Assembly: GCF_018977255.1 (NCBI RefSeq) | Contig: NW_024704743.1 | Span: 73,286,001 to 73,350,000 of the forward strand | Length of the DNA stretch: 64,000 nucleotides | Direction: 5' to 3' | From: Callorhinchus milii | Lineage: Eukaryota | Shown here: positions 24,220 to 37,218 of the stretch, piece by piece | Numbering within the stretch: position 1 is the first letter of the stretch | Layout: the number at the start of each line of letters is the position of its first letter | Translations under genes and position numbers: made by a program | The notes under the pieces: generated by a model | Told to the model about the DNA's origin: nothing | Databases searched by the model: none | Seen by the model: the letters and a program-made list of their open reading frames with translations, nothing else

Positions 24220-25050
24220 CTGATAACTGAAATTATGACACAAATCAGTCACTAAACTCCAGAAGTACATTGCAATACACAAGAGCAGAATAATGATAAT
24301 CCTTACATTTGTAATGCACCTTTCACATCAGGAGGACATCCAAATGTGCTGCACAGAAAATAGTGTAAATGGAAGACTTCCGTCTTCGACTATTCCAACA
24401 GTTACCTCCCCTCTCTCCCTGGCTCAACGTTAAGCTGCACCACTGTTGGTGCTCCAAGACACACCTGAAGGGTGCTATATAAATGCAAGTTGATGGCATT
24501 ATTGTTGGTGTGACTGTTCGTATTTTGTGGGTGAAAATGACAGCCAATTTGCACACAGAAATATCCTATAAACAGCTACAAAGTTAGTGACTAATTTTAT
24601 TTGGGGAACTGTTGGCCAGGACACCGGGAGAAATGTAAGTACTTTTGTGCTCCACGAGATACTTACGAATACTCTTCAAGAATTAAAAGATCTTTGAATG
24701 AAGCTGAGAAGAATACAAAATGGTTGTTGAAGAAGTCTAATTTGGTGAAGAATTTTGTAAGTAAACTCTTGTAATCCTCCCAAACAATAGTTGCCAGTCA
24801 AGACAAAGAGAAGTGTACTTTATTATATTTATAAATGCCTCTTTCATTTTGGACCTTGGTATCCAGAACATCAAATAATAATAATCCTTGTATTTGATAT
24901 AGCTCCTTATCATATAGACAAGATATCTCAAATCACTTCATAGAAATTACTTCAAAGTGTAGTGACCATGTATTTGTAGATGAATGTATTGTTTTATCTA
25001 TTCATTCATCACCTTGATTTTTCCAGTACTCTTTTCCCTGTCCTTTTGAG

Positions 25051-25429
25051 ATAATAATAATAATAATAATCCTTGCATTTGATATAGCGGTTTTCACATC
25101 TTCTAAATGTCTCAAAGCGTTTCACAGAATATACTGTAAAGTGAATATTTGTGGGCAAAAAGCAGCAGCTAATTGCGCACAGCAGCGTTTCATAAACAGT
25201 CGTGGATTGAGTGACCAAATTATGATTGTTTTTTTACTTACTCAGAATGCTGATTATTCACCCTGGAAAAGTAATCCGACAATCGACTAGCAACTGGGTT
25301 CCTACTTACTGCTAGGTAAACAGAGGCGTGTGGAATAAGGAAACTTGCCAACGTTTCACCCTACTGGGAATCGAACCCAGGTCTTTCGCTTGCGAGGCAA
25401 GTGCTTTGACCACTGAGCTACAGGGCTCC
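25051..25429 (-). mobile_element. SINE subfamily B
   Basis: tRNA head plus extra segment GTTTACCTAGCAGTAAGTAGGAACCCAGTTGCTAGTC, Deu core and (TAT)n tail. Confidence 0.88.
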
Positions 25430-25469
25430 ACACTCCAGAAGCTTCATCAGAATGCTGCAACCCAGCATT

Positions 25470-25710
25470 TCTTGTGTTCTTTTTGAGCGAATAATGAACC
25501 TGTGGAACATGCTCCCTAGGGAGATGGTTGAAGCAGGAAATGTTGATTCTTTCAAACACAAATGAGATAGTTTTCTTTTAGGAAATAACATTATGGGATA
25601 TATAATACATAGATAATTTGGGACATATGTCCATGCGACCGCCAGGAAAGTGGAAGGTGAACTAGATGGACCTTGGTCTTTTTTTGTCTAGTATTTCTTA
25701 TGTTCTTATG
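25470..25710 (+). mobile_element. Degraded CR1 3' end
   Basis: TGTGGAACATGCTCCCTAGGGAGATGGTTGAAGCAG...TTCTTATGTTCTTATG tail. Confidence 0.65.
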
Positions 25711-25711
25711 T

Positions 25712-26095
25712 GTTAACCTGCATTCTCTTCCACACAGAGCCTGCACCAATTACCCCAATGTTTGCCAAGCTCAATTGGTTCTCAATAACTCGGAGGGTGA
25801 GGAATTTCAAGATTGTTGTCCTTGAATTGAAATTCATCTACGCAATTTTCTACAGCCATAGATCCAGCCTGTATCCTCCAGTCTTCCGAGTGGTTGATTG
25901 CTCACTGCATATTCACTGTGATATACCATCAGTGGCCATGCTTCCAGCAGCAATGCCATTGAACTTTGATTGGCCTTTATGCTTCGTGCCTGTTTTCAAA
26001 AACCTCCTGAAACACATCTCTTTGTCCACGATTAAATCTGTCAAGTGCTTTAAAACACTCTTTTATGTGAAAAGCACTATGTAAATGCAAGCTGT
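25712..26095 (+). mobile_element. Old L2 3' fragment
   Basis: ITPMFAKLNWFSITRRV..FKIVVL...FKNLLK resembles L2 ORF2 end. Confidence 0.65.
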
Positions 26096-26982
26096 TAAGG
26101 CTTTGTTCCTTTGACCTCAAGCCACAATGTCAGCTGCAAAATAACTGTCTTCATATTATACAAAGTGCACACAAATGTCTTTATTCCCCTCAAAGTGAGA
26201 ATTTAAGATGACTTGATTCTCTGTTGATTTAATTGCAACAACGTCTGTTGCCTTGCATGGCTGTGAAGAGGATTTTCAGCATTGAGATCCCTTTATCAGT
26301 AGAACCCAGATTATCTGATTACACGAAGCAGTCTTTGATTGACTCTCTGCACTTACAAATCCTTCACATTTGTGTCTGATGGGATAGCTTACTTAACTAT
26401 TGTATTGACATATGTCATTTCCTTTTCTCTGTTGTCAGTTGAGTGAAGTTCAGAAATGTTATGATGGACTTTTTGAGAAGGATTTTCCGTAAAAAAATTG
26501 CCTTGTTGCAAAGCCATTTAGGAGTCTTGTTTCTTTCAATTTTGTTCAATTTTGTAAATTACAGCATGGTTATGGTGTACTGCTGTAAACAACATATCAA
26601 AAATAACACATCTCCAATCCTATATGAATAATTTCCCTGGCTTTTATCCACCTATCCATCAAAGTCCAATCTTACTGGACATCTCTATCTGTGAGTTATT
26701 TCCAATCATATCGTATAAAAAAAATCTCTTGGCTTTTCCTCCATCAGAGTCACTGATTTAATGTTTGAATTGGAATGTCACATAGTCACTTCTTTGCATC
26801 CCTATGTTATCCCCACAACTCACGTGGTGAATCCCTGTGGAGCCTTTGAAATTTGTTTCAAAGTGTGTTACAAACTGTGTTTCTGATTAAAATCCCTTAC
26901 TTTACATTGTGGATGGGTAATTAAATCAGAGTTCTAGTTGAGTGATCTAATACGTTTAAGGAGTGTAATCCTAGAGTGGAGT

Positions 26983-27379
26983 GGAGTCCCATAGCTCAGT
27001 GGTTAGAGCACTCGCCTTGCGAGCGAGAGGACCAGGAAATGATTCCTGGGTGGGGTGAAACCTTAGGCAAGTTTCCTTACTCAGCAAGCATCTGTTTACC
27101 TAGCAATAAGTAAGTTGACTGGTTGTTAGTTGATTAGTGGATTGGTTTCCATGGGTAATAATCTCTCCGAAAAAGAATAATAATTTGGTCACTCAATCCA
27201 CGACTATTTGTGGGACACTGCTGTGGCAATTGGCTGCTGCATTTCACCCACAAACTATACGGTCAATTCACTTAACAGTATATTCTGTGAAGTGCTTTAA
27301 GTCGGCATTTCAGTGTGATGATAAGGCGTTATATCAAATTCAAGGATTGTTATTATTCAAATTCAAGGATTGTTGTTAT
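26983..27379 (+). mobile_element. SINE subfamily B with duplicated tail
   Basis: tRNA head, extra segment, Deu core; TCAAATTCAAGGATTGTT repeated twice at the 3' end. Confidence 0.87.
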
Positions 27380-28255
27380 CACAAAACCATGGGCATTTAC
27401 AGCAAAATAAAAGGCATTTGGTCCATGGGGTCAACTTGGCTTTATGATCATTGTAACTAGTGATACCTTTGTTTATAATCTCGAAGCAGTGTGATCTTTG
27501 ATTTATGTCTGTCTTTGAGCCTGAACCATCACCAATTCAAGATGGTTGACAAGGGTGGGTGAAAAGATGGTGTTACAAATTAATCAGTTAATTGTATCTT
27601 TTTACCCTCTGTAAAAAAAAGTCTACACTTCAAACAAAATGTTTTTTGAATAACTTCAAGACTTTTTTAGAGAATAAATATAGTGTGCCCAATTATGTTT
27701 CTAATTTTCTCCCCACCCCACTGGCATATGCCTCTGGTCTGCCCTCTTTTTCCTGGGATATAGTTCCAAAGGTGAGTGTTACCCTGGCTGGTTTTCTTTT
27801 CACCTAATCCCGGAAAGGCCGGGGTTAATTTAGCTTCCCCATGCAATTACTATGCTTCTAATCTCAAACGTGGTCAATTATTTTTTGTTGGTGCTACTGC
27901 CTTTAGAGATGACATTAAGAAGTGTGATTCCAGACAAGGTACTGCCTTCCTTTCACTTCTACTATCTCCATTCAGACCAATGGGTTTCTGCCAGTTGTAT
28001 TATTCTCATCAGATTTCACAGTTAACATGGGCCCAAGTAGCACAAAATTGTCATTCTCTCTCTTGAGAAGCCGTAGGACAGGTGGTATAGGAAATGAAAA
28101 ACTTGATCCCAGTTCTAGCTTATTGGGGAGAATATTAAGTATCTTATTGGGAAACAAATTTATGGCAATAGGATTAAAATTGGGATTTTATGTAGTACTG
28201 ATTTAGATCAAAAGCTTCTGTCATGCCTATGGTTTTGTGATTCTAAAAAGTAGTT

Positions 28256-28572
28256 AATAATAATAATATAATAATAATCCTTGCATTTGATATAGCGCTT
28301 TTCACGTCGGGAGGACGTCCCAAAGCGCTTCACAGAACACACTGTAAAGTGAATTGACTGTATATTTGTGGGCGAACGCGGCAGCCAATTGCACACAGCA
28401 ATGTTTCACAAACAGTCGTAGATTGAAAATGACCAATTTATTATTGTTTTTGGTTTTGGAGGGATTATTATTAGGCGTGTGGAGTAAGGAAACTTGCCCA
28501 AGGTTTCGCCCTGCCTGGAATTGAACTCAGGTCTCTCGCTTGCAAGTGTTCTATCCACTGAGCTACAGGACT
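28256..28572 (-). mobile_element. Young SINE subfamily A
   Basis: Reverse complement near-identical to the 9705 copy, with a small deletion in the head. Confidence 0.92.
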
Positions 28573-29417
28573 TGCTATAATAGAGGCTGATATTTTATGG
28601 ATTGCAAACACACTTATAATGGGGTTGCACTCCTTGATAAGGAAGAAGGGAGTGCCACTGGATTACAGCATTGCTACCTTTGAAATGACCAAAAATCTGA
28701 TTTAGCTACTGGGTACAAAGAATTAATTGATACTTTAAGAGCATGATCAGTAACACTTATGAAATTAAATTAAGTTATAAGGACCCAAATATTCATCGGG
28801 ATTAGTGGCCCCTTGCTAGTCAGATAGAATTATCTTATCTACTAATAACAAGGAGGATGTGAAGACTTGCTGAATGCAGCTGCTACAATCAGTGCTGTGA
28901 TTAGGGCTCGACTGGTGCTCTTTATGTATATTTTCAAAGACACTGCTTTCCAAAAAAAGTAACAAAGGCTCATTTTTACTTTAGTCGTTACTGGATGCTC
29001 AAACTATTGCAGTTAGCTTGTGAATGTACCTGAATTTAAAGAGCACTTTAGTATTTGAATAGTACAGGTGATGTTGGTAGGGATCTAATGACCTAGATGT
29101 TGACCATTATAGCTTCCCACACTAAAAATGGCCAATTTCTGGGTCATTGGGTCACCACCAAAATCACTTCCTACTTTTTGCATGCACAGAAAACAAGAAA
29201 TTACTTGAAGACCCAGTCATTTTTCCTTTTAAGGTCTGGACAATCAAACCCATTGTGAGTGGCTTGCTATAATAGAGGCTGATATTTTATGGATTGCAAA
29301 CACACTTATAATGGGGCTGCACTCCTTGATAAGGAAGAAGGGAGTGCCACTGGATTACAGCATTGCTACCTTTAAATGACCAAAAATCTGATTTAGCTAC
29401 TGGGTACAAAGAATTAA
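28571..29417. repeat. 155/156-bp direct repeat pair (28571-28726 and 29263-29417)
   Basis: Copies differ by one substitution and one 1-bp indel, compared by eye. Confidence 0.92.
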
Positions 29418-30734
29418 AAAGTATTCTGTTCCAAAACATTAGCTTCTCTTATCTCGATGAGTGCAATATTCTCCAGAAATGCAATAAAGTGATAAATTGC
29501 TATCTGGGATAACCCTTTACAAAGACTACATTTTGCCATCCTCAATAAAGCTCTTATGGTGCTGACATGCTTCAAATTTTCAAAGGTTTTCTCATTGGTT
29601 GTAAAGATATGTTATTGATTTTTGTGCTTCAATACATTTCTGATAAAGAAATGGTGAAGTACAGTGCTTGTACTTAGAACTGGAACTCCATTCTGGAGAC
29701 CCTCCGGCTTGCTCACTCATTTGCTCCCTCCCTCCCTCCCTCCCATTATTCAAAGTCCAACTCAATATGGACCTTTTTGATTGCAGTTTCAGTCATCTTT
29801 CACCTCCTCACTGTTCGACTCCCACCACCAGCTCGGGTGTGTAGCTAACAGTGTCAAGCGTTTTGAGATGTCCTGCCGGGGTGAAAGGTGCTTTGTAAAT
29901 TATACTGTATTTGTATTGTATTGTATTGCACTGCCACACTTTGAATTGTTCATTCAAAACAGTTGATTTACACAATGTTGCCTAGCTTTTGCATTCCTTT
30001 CATTTGTGGCAGCCCAATGTGTAGCCTGCAAAGGTGGCAACAATGTCCCACATCAGTACATCTATTACCAGGTTTATTCCTGTCACACTGTTTGGTGAGA
30101 ATCCTGTTTTCAGAGGCGTGATAATTGTTGTTGTGAATTATTGAGTACAGCATGTCTAACTGTCAAACTATTAGCAATGGAGAGGATCTCGCACACAAGG
30201 GTCCACAGGCACAGCACTATTTGACATAATTACACATACTACTAGTCACAGCAGACAGAATGCCCAATTAGGTATCACTCCCTCCCCACCACCACCACCC
30301 ACCCATCCCCCTGTGTGGGCCATTCAATGATATAATGAGCCGACTTAGGAGCAGACATTTTCATTAATAGGCCTCGTACCAGCTTTCAGGCACAATCTAG
30401 AATCTGAGGAATTAATAAAAGTGACAAAAATAATGTTCCCAGCTGTTGCAATTGCTATTCCCTTGTATTCAAACGATTACACCTGAAGTTATTTTCGCGT
30501 TATGACCAAAATAAAATTTTAAATACAAATGTCTGAGTTTTACAGAGGGGTGTTCATTGTTTTTTTAAAATATTATTTTCAGAAGAGCTGCTTAATCATC
30601 TTCTAATTTCATGATATGGGTTTTAATATTAAATACACATTAAGGCAGTCACAAATTATATACTTGAGGTCAGCTCTAATCCAATCTGAATTGAGCCAGA
30701 CTTCAAGACTAAACTATTACATCTGTGGACATTG

Positions 30735-30942
30735 TTTTTCACACCGCGGGTTATCAGGATAGGGAATGTCTTACCAAAAAGCCATGGTTGAAGCAGAGTC
30801 CTAAATAGCTGTTAAAAGTTGATAAATATTTGAAAAAGAAAATATTAAAAAAAGTTTGAGGAAAGGGCAGAGGAGTGGAACTAAATGGATAAGTGCTTCA
30901 GATAGCTGGCACAGTCATGATGAGTCAAATGCCCTCCTTCTA
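30735..30942 (+). mobile_element. Degraded CR1 3' end
   Basis: TTTTTCACACCGCGGGTT...ATGGTTGAAGCAGAG...GCTGGCACAGTCATGATG resembles 63150-63400. Confidence 0.7.
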
Positions 30943-31029
30943 TGGCTATGAGATTCCCTGAAACTGAGTCATAAAATAGATTATTGCCACTTCCAGCATT
31001 GGTGCAATGTATGACATTATTGATTTCAG

Positions 31030-31337
31030 ATTATTGGGGTTGCCAGACAATGCTTTCAATGGCAAGCTATGCGTTTTTAGCTGGTTGGTCTCCAGCAGTA
31101 CCCCAACGCATACTCTGGGTTCCCAAGCCTTGGCTCTTGACAGCCTGCGCTTAATAATTTCCAGAATTAGGTAAGTAGGATTGTCTCTCCAGGGAGAGAG
31201 TGCACATTCAATTCCATTACATGGGAATTTCCATGTGTAGGTGGGATGCATGGAATGCTCAGTTTGGTTTGGATACTCTTAAGGAAGGTGATGGGTTTCT
31301 GCACGTATCAGACACCCGACTGACCAAATAAAAAAAG
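31030..31337 (+). mobile_element. Family X repeat, best-preserved 3' part
   Basis: CAATGGCAAGCTATG...CCAAGCCTTGGCTCTTG...GTAGGTGGGATGCATGGA...CAGACACCCGACTGACCAAATAAAAAAA. Confidence 0.82.
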
Positions 31338-32551
31338 ATTTTGGATTGAAAAAGGTAAGACCTAACATTATATGTGTGCCTCATCGCTGGAGAAAGCTAT
31401 TTATGCTGTAAACTGCTTTCTGCCAACTCTCAAGAGCCAGACTTTGACTCGAGATGTCCTTAGAGCATGCAATTTATGTAATAAAATATTTTTCTTGTCA
31501 CAAACAATTTTAGCATTACTACTTTCAAGAGGAGCACTTGTCCAACCTCCATACAGTATGTCTTGCTTTCATTTTCTTTCCTCATAGAGTGCTACCTTAA
31601 TAGCCCCAGGATGCACAATACAACTGCTGTAGTGGTCGCCAAGGAGGGGATGACTGCAACTTTTGTGCTAGGCAATGCAAAACGATTTCTTCCCTCATAC
31701 TATACTATTGTATCAAGCAGCAAGCAAAATGTAGAAGCAGCATCTCCAGATTTTGTGAGGCAACCAGACAATTGCACATTAAAAAGAAAAATTGAGCCCC
31801 AACTAATGTAGGTTTGTAAATTTGGAATTTGTTCTGTCCTCACTGGAGTTATTCCCTAACTCCTCATTATAGAAGAGAGGAACCCTCATTCTCCCCCACA
31901 CCCCGCATCCATCACCCGAATCTGAGAGAGGTCTGAGAGTGTCGATATCTATTGAAAACACATTTAATTTCCACAAAGTATATTTTTGGCACTATTATGT
32001 TTGATCAGTTTACAGTTAAAACCATGTAAGCACAAAAGCACTATGTTAATTATCTGGGAGGTGTTCTATTCTGTGGTCCGCTGGTTATAATGTTCTACAA
32101 TTAAACCTTTATGACTTGGATCAAATGCAGAATTCCTATCAGTTATCAAGTACTCAATGGCAGTTTGAATGAGAAAGCAAGATTTACAGGGTGCCCAGCA
32201 GAGCAAACAATGGGGTAGTGAAGAGAAGTATACCGTTTTCACTGTATTTCAAAAGCTCTTTCGTTGTGATCTGTGTTCTTGAACAAGGAAAAGTTAAGTA
32301 GAGGTGGAGTTAATCTTGGTAACAAAGAGTATTGTGTAAACTCTATGTGAGAGGCTTACATTATTTATATTACTATAGAAGTACAAAGTTTAGAGAGACA
32401 TCTAGATTAAATTTAAGGTGGTAACACGTAATACAGCATTGAAACACTACTCTCTGCAGTCAGCAACAAAAGCATCCTGCTCTGCGATTGCTAACAAACA
32501 TAATAATAATCCTTGTATTTGATATAGTGCCTTATCATGTCATTGAAACAT

Positions 32552-32881
32552 AATAACAATAATAATAATCATTGCATTTGACATAGCCATATAGACATCT
32601 CAAAGTGCTTTACAGACTATATTGGAAAGTGAATTACCTGTATATTTTGTGGGCGAAATGTGGCAGACAATTGCATGCAGCAGTGTCCCACAAACAGACG
32701 TGGATTGAGTGACTAATAATTTTTTTGGGGGAGGGATTTTTACCCTCAGCAAGCGATCTACCAATTGACTAACAACCAGGTTCCTACTTACTGCAAGATA
32801 AACAGCGGCGTGTGGAGTAAGGAAACTAACCCAGGTCCTTTTGTTTGCCAGGCGAGCCCTCTAACTACTATGCTACAGGAC
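32552..32881 (-). mobile_element. SINE subfamily B
   Basis: Extra segment, Deu core and degraded head; a second SINE tail lies just upstream at about 32501-32550. Confidence 0.82.
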
Positions 32882-33612
32882 ATATCAAAATGATTTACTG
32901 TAAAATGTAGTGACTGTTTTTTGCAGATGAACTCAGCAGCTAATTTGCAATTTGCACACAGTTATTGTGCTGACATCATTCCTGCATGCTGTGCAATGGT
33001 TGGGATTCTATGGACTCATGGACTCAAAGTCATGAACATGGATTAGATTCTGATGGGATGAGCTTGAGCGTGACACCCACTCATGAGGTAAATAAGTGAA
33101 TAAATATAAATTGCAATTGTTCCTTGTAAATTTCACACAGTCTGAATTAATTTTTGTTATTGATTCAGTGTTGAATATTGTAAGCTTACATGTTTGTAAT
33201 AGTCTGTATCTGGTTTCTGTGAGCTAACCAGAGTGAACTATTGACTGAAGCTGTGTGAAAGAATAGATTTATGCAGCTACAGTAATTTGTGTAGTCTATA
33301 TGAGAAATGTTCGTTTTAAATAAATAGAACTTATCATGAGGTAAATAAGTGAGTAAATATAAATTGCAATTGTTTCTTGTAAATTTAATTTAATTTCCAA
33401 TGTCTAAAACAGTAAGTTTGCTGTATATTCACATGGCTTTTTATTGTGACTTGCAAAATCTATCCCTTACGGTAGGTAACAAATAGCTTGTGTATACAGA
33501 TTATTGAGAATAAGGATCAAACTACATAAACAATTCACTTGTAAGATTGTTCCATCACTTTCAATGGCTTATGCAGGCTGGTCCCAAGGTAAAAGCATAG
33601 TGCGGATTCACT

Positions 33613-33887
33613 TATAGAATCATAGATTCATGGAACCTTACAGCACGGAAGGAGGCCATTCGGCCCTTCGTGCCTGTGCTGGATCTTTGAAAAGAGCTAC
33701 CCAACGAGTCCCATTCTTAGCCCATAGCCTTGCAATTGTTTTCCTTTTCAAGTACTTGTCCAATTCCCTTTTGAAAGCTATTATTGAATCTGCTTCCATC
33801 ACCCTTTCAGGCTGTGCATTCCAGATCGTAACAACTCTCTGGGTAAAAATATTTCTCCTCATCTCCTCTCTGGTTCTTTTGCCAATT
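33613..33887 (-). mobile_element. CR1 LINE 3' end
   Basis: MRRNIFTQRVVTIWNAQPERVMEADSIIAFKRELDKYL; TTCTATGA-type tail. Confidence 0.9.
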
Positions 33888-34736
33888 AGCTAGCGAAATC
33901 TAGTGAGTTCACACCGTCAATGTAGTACAGCTTCTGGTGCTGGCTGGCAGTTTCCTGTTCATGCTGCATAGAAGGTCTCCATCTAGCAATTTCCCAGCAA
34001 CCACTGAATATGAACACAAGAGCGGTTTCTGGCTTCCTGTACACTGCATGCACACAGGACCACTCAGTGGTCACCCGATGACCAGGATGCACTGACCATT
34101 TTTACAACGCACAACAACAACTCGCACTTATAAAGCTCCCTTCACGTGAGGTGGCATCTCAGAGAGCATCCCATTATGATACAAGATCTGAGGTTAAAAA
34201 CCCTAAGCACTATGTTATAATGGGATAAACATAGTTTTAATGTGTTGTCACTGTCATTCCCTGTCCAAAGATTTGTGGGGTCAAAAGTCTGTGCTGACCA
34301 GTCTATGTAAATCTATTATAGCAAAGGAGAAATAGGTAAGAGATAAGAGCAATGACATAGTCCTCAATTTCAGATGCCCATTTTTCTCCTGGTGTTTTGC
34401 CTGGTGTTAATAATTTGAATGGGACACCCATTTGGAGATTTTTTCACTTGTACATTGAATGTTCAATGATGGCAGTTGAAAATATAACTCTATTGTTTTT
34501 GTTATAACCGCAATGTTACTTTGTGATATGAGGCTCAATTGTAAATGGGTAGCTCAGCCTGACCTCTTACTGTCAGAGTAATTGCTGTTAATGACTGGAA
34601 CTAAAAATTTGTAAAGTACAAAGAGACTAATAGTACCAGTGGAGGGAGGGAGTGAGGACTAGCACTTGAATGAAATGATTATTCAAAAATAATTTGTCCA
34701 AACTTCAATAATTGACTGTTCATAAGCATATCTTAT

Positions 34737-35055
34737 GGAGTCCTGTAGCTCAGTGGTTAGAGCACTCGCTTTGCAAGCGAGAGACCTGAGTTCAATTCCA
34801 GGCAGTGCGAAACCTTGGGCAAGTTTCCTTACTCCACACACCTAATAATAATCCCTCCAAAACAAAACCATAATAAATTGGTCATTTTCAATCTACGACT
34901 GTTTGTGGGACATTGCTGTGCCCAATTGGCTGCCGCGTTTTCCCACAAATATATAGTCAATTCACTTTACACTGTGTTCTGTGAAGCGCTTTGGGACGTT
35001 CTCCCGGCGTGAAAAGCGCTATATCAAATGCAAGGATTATTATTATTATTATTAT
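34737..35055 (+). mobile_element. Young SINE subfamily A, full length
   Basis: Same head, core and tail. Confidence 0.93.
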
Positions 35056-35862
35056 CTTTTGATCCGAGTAAACAACTATAATGCTGCCATTGCACTATGG
35101 TAATAATTGCAAAATACTATGTAGATAAGAAACACAGAGGTTAGTAAAGATACCAAATTGAAATTTGCCCCACTGATCACTTTGATTACTTTGATTGAGG
35201 GGAAATTCTGCCTTTGCAACTTGTCAATTTGACGATACCTTTTAGGGACTCCTTTAAGGAGGGAAGGGACATGATTTATATCCCTGTTCCTCCAGCTGGA
35301 AGTGAGCCCATTTACACCAGGTTTCAGATTTCAGATTCATCCACACTTACTCTATTCAGTTTTACATTTTTAAATTAAAATGAAATAGTTCTAGGCCACC
35401 TCTATGCCGTCCTTTCAGTCATCTTTTCCCATGTTCCCCCTCCCTCCCCCCCACCCCAGTCACTGTACTTAATAAAATCCTCTGAGACGTTTTAGCAACA
35501 TAAGGTGCTTTAGAAAAGATTAATGCAGGATTTATTATTAAAATGATTGTGAATTGCTTTGAGATGCATTAATGTCTTGGCGCCTTGGGATGTCCTCTTG
35601 ATGTGAAAGGCGCTCTATAAATGTAATTTTGTTGTTGTTGTTGTTGTAATAAAGCCTAATTGCAATTGCATGGATTATTTCTTAAGTCTGGGTTTGGCTT
35701 GATTTTCACATGTTCAAATTGTCCATTACAGATAATACCTCAGTATCTGAGGAACTTTGTGAGAAATTCTCAGTGAAGGTGCACGCCACAAGCTCAGGAT
35801 GAAGCGTACAACGTTATACAATAAAATTGGTCATTCACTTAACGGCTGTTATGGGGAATTGG

Positions 35863-36180
35863 TTGTCCTCTAGCTCAGTGGTTAGAGCACTCGCTTTGCA
35901 AGCGAGAGACCTGAGTTCAATTCCAGGCAGAGCGAAACCTTGGGCAAGTTTCCTTACTCCACACGCCTAATAATAATCCCTCCAAAACAAAAAACAATAA
36001 TAAAATTGGTCATTTTCAATCTACGACTGTTTGTGGGACATTGCTGCGCACAATTGGCTGCCGCGTTCGCCCACAAATATACAGTCAATTCACTTTACAG
36101 TATATTCTGTGAAACACTTTGAGACGTCTAGAAGACGTGAAAAGCGCTATATCAAATGCAAGGATTATTATTATTATTAT
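35863..36180 (+). mobile_element. Young SINE subfamily A
   Basis: Same head, core and tail; tail loop variant GAGACGTCTAGAAGACGTG. Confidence 0.93.
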
Positions 36181-36788
36181 TTTTGTGGGCAACCAATAGA
36201 ATTGTCAATCAGCAAAAAAAATGGGCTCTGGAATATTTGAAAATATTTTTCAATGTAGTTTATCTGCAGGGATGGCATTTATATTGTGTTGTATCGAACA
36301 GTATATCTAGCCTCTAACTCTCCTACATTATTTGGTATTGAGATGAAGCAGATGAAGGACTGTAGTGGATTTGTCTATGTTACTTATGCAAACCTTGTGG
36401 AGGCGGCTACATTCAATTGAAATGTGCAGGACCAAAATGACCACAACTGGCCATATGACCAGTCCCAATTTCAAATACTAACATTCCTTATCCTATATAT
36501 CCCCAATTTCCTTTACCTTCAAAAAAATTACCCACTTCCCTTTTAAACCATCTGCTTCTGTGGACAGACTGTTACTACGTGGCAATCACCCTCAGCATAA
36601 AGTCAGTAAATCTAAACTATATTCATTCTCTGAGATTGACCGTATTGCATAAGATATATGAGTTTTGCCATTTGGGGCCAGAAAGACAATAATAAATAAT
36701 AATATTGCATCACTGTTATAATATTTTTTATTTGTAATTGGTAATAGTACCTTTCCTGTCAGAAGGACATTTCAAAGTGCTTCACAGG

Positions 36789-37046
36789 ATAATAATAATA
36801 ATCCTTGTATTTGATATAGCGCTTTTCACGTCTTCTAGACACCTTAAAGCGCATCACAGAATATACTGTAAAGTTGAAGGTGAAACTCAGCAGCCAATGT
36901 CACACAGCAGTGTCCCACAAACAGTCGGGGATTGCGTGACCAAATTATTATTTTATTGTTTTCTTTTCTTGAGTGATTATTATCAGACTTCTGGAGTAAG
37001 GAAACTTGCCCAAGGTTTCGCCCTGCCGGGAATTGAACCCAGGTCT
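36789..37046 (-). mobile_element. SINE subfamily A-like, head truncated
   Basis: Tail and core present; sequence stops within the tRNA head at the L2 junction. Confidence 0.85.
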
Positions 37047-37214
37047 TCAGCTCCCCTCTCGACTCTCTACCCCCTCCTCGCTCCCTCCTTTCCCTCCCCT
37101 CACCCTGACCATTTCCCCCCTGCTCGGGTCCTGACCCAACTGTACAGTGCCTTGGGACGTCCTCCCGACGTGAAAGGCGCTCTATAAATGGAATCTTGTT
37201 GTTGTTGTTGTTGT
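37047..37214 (+). mobile_element. Young L2 3' UTR fragment
   Basis: Near-identical to about 45098-45257; (TTG)n tail. Confidence 0.88.
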
Positions 37215-37218
37215 CTCG

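Noticed and set aside
28571..29417. TRIM or mini-LTR retrotransposon interpretation of the direct repeats
   Set aside because: No TG..CA termini, PBS, PPT or TSD seen.
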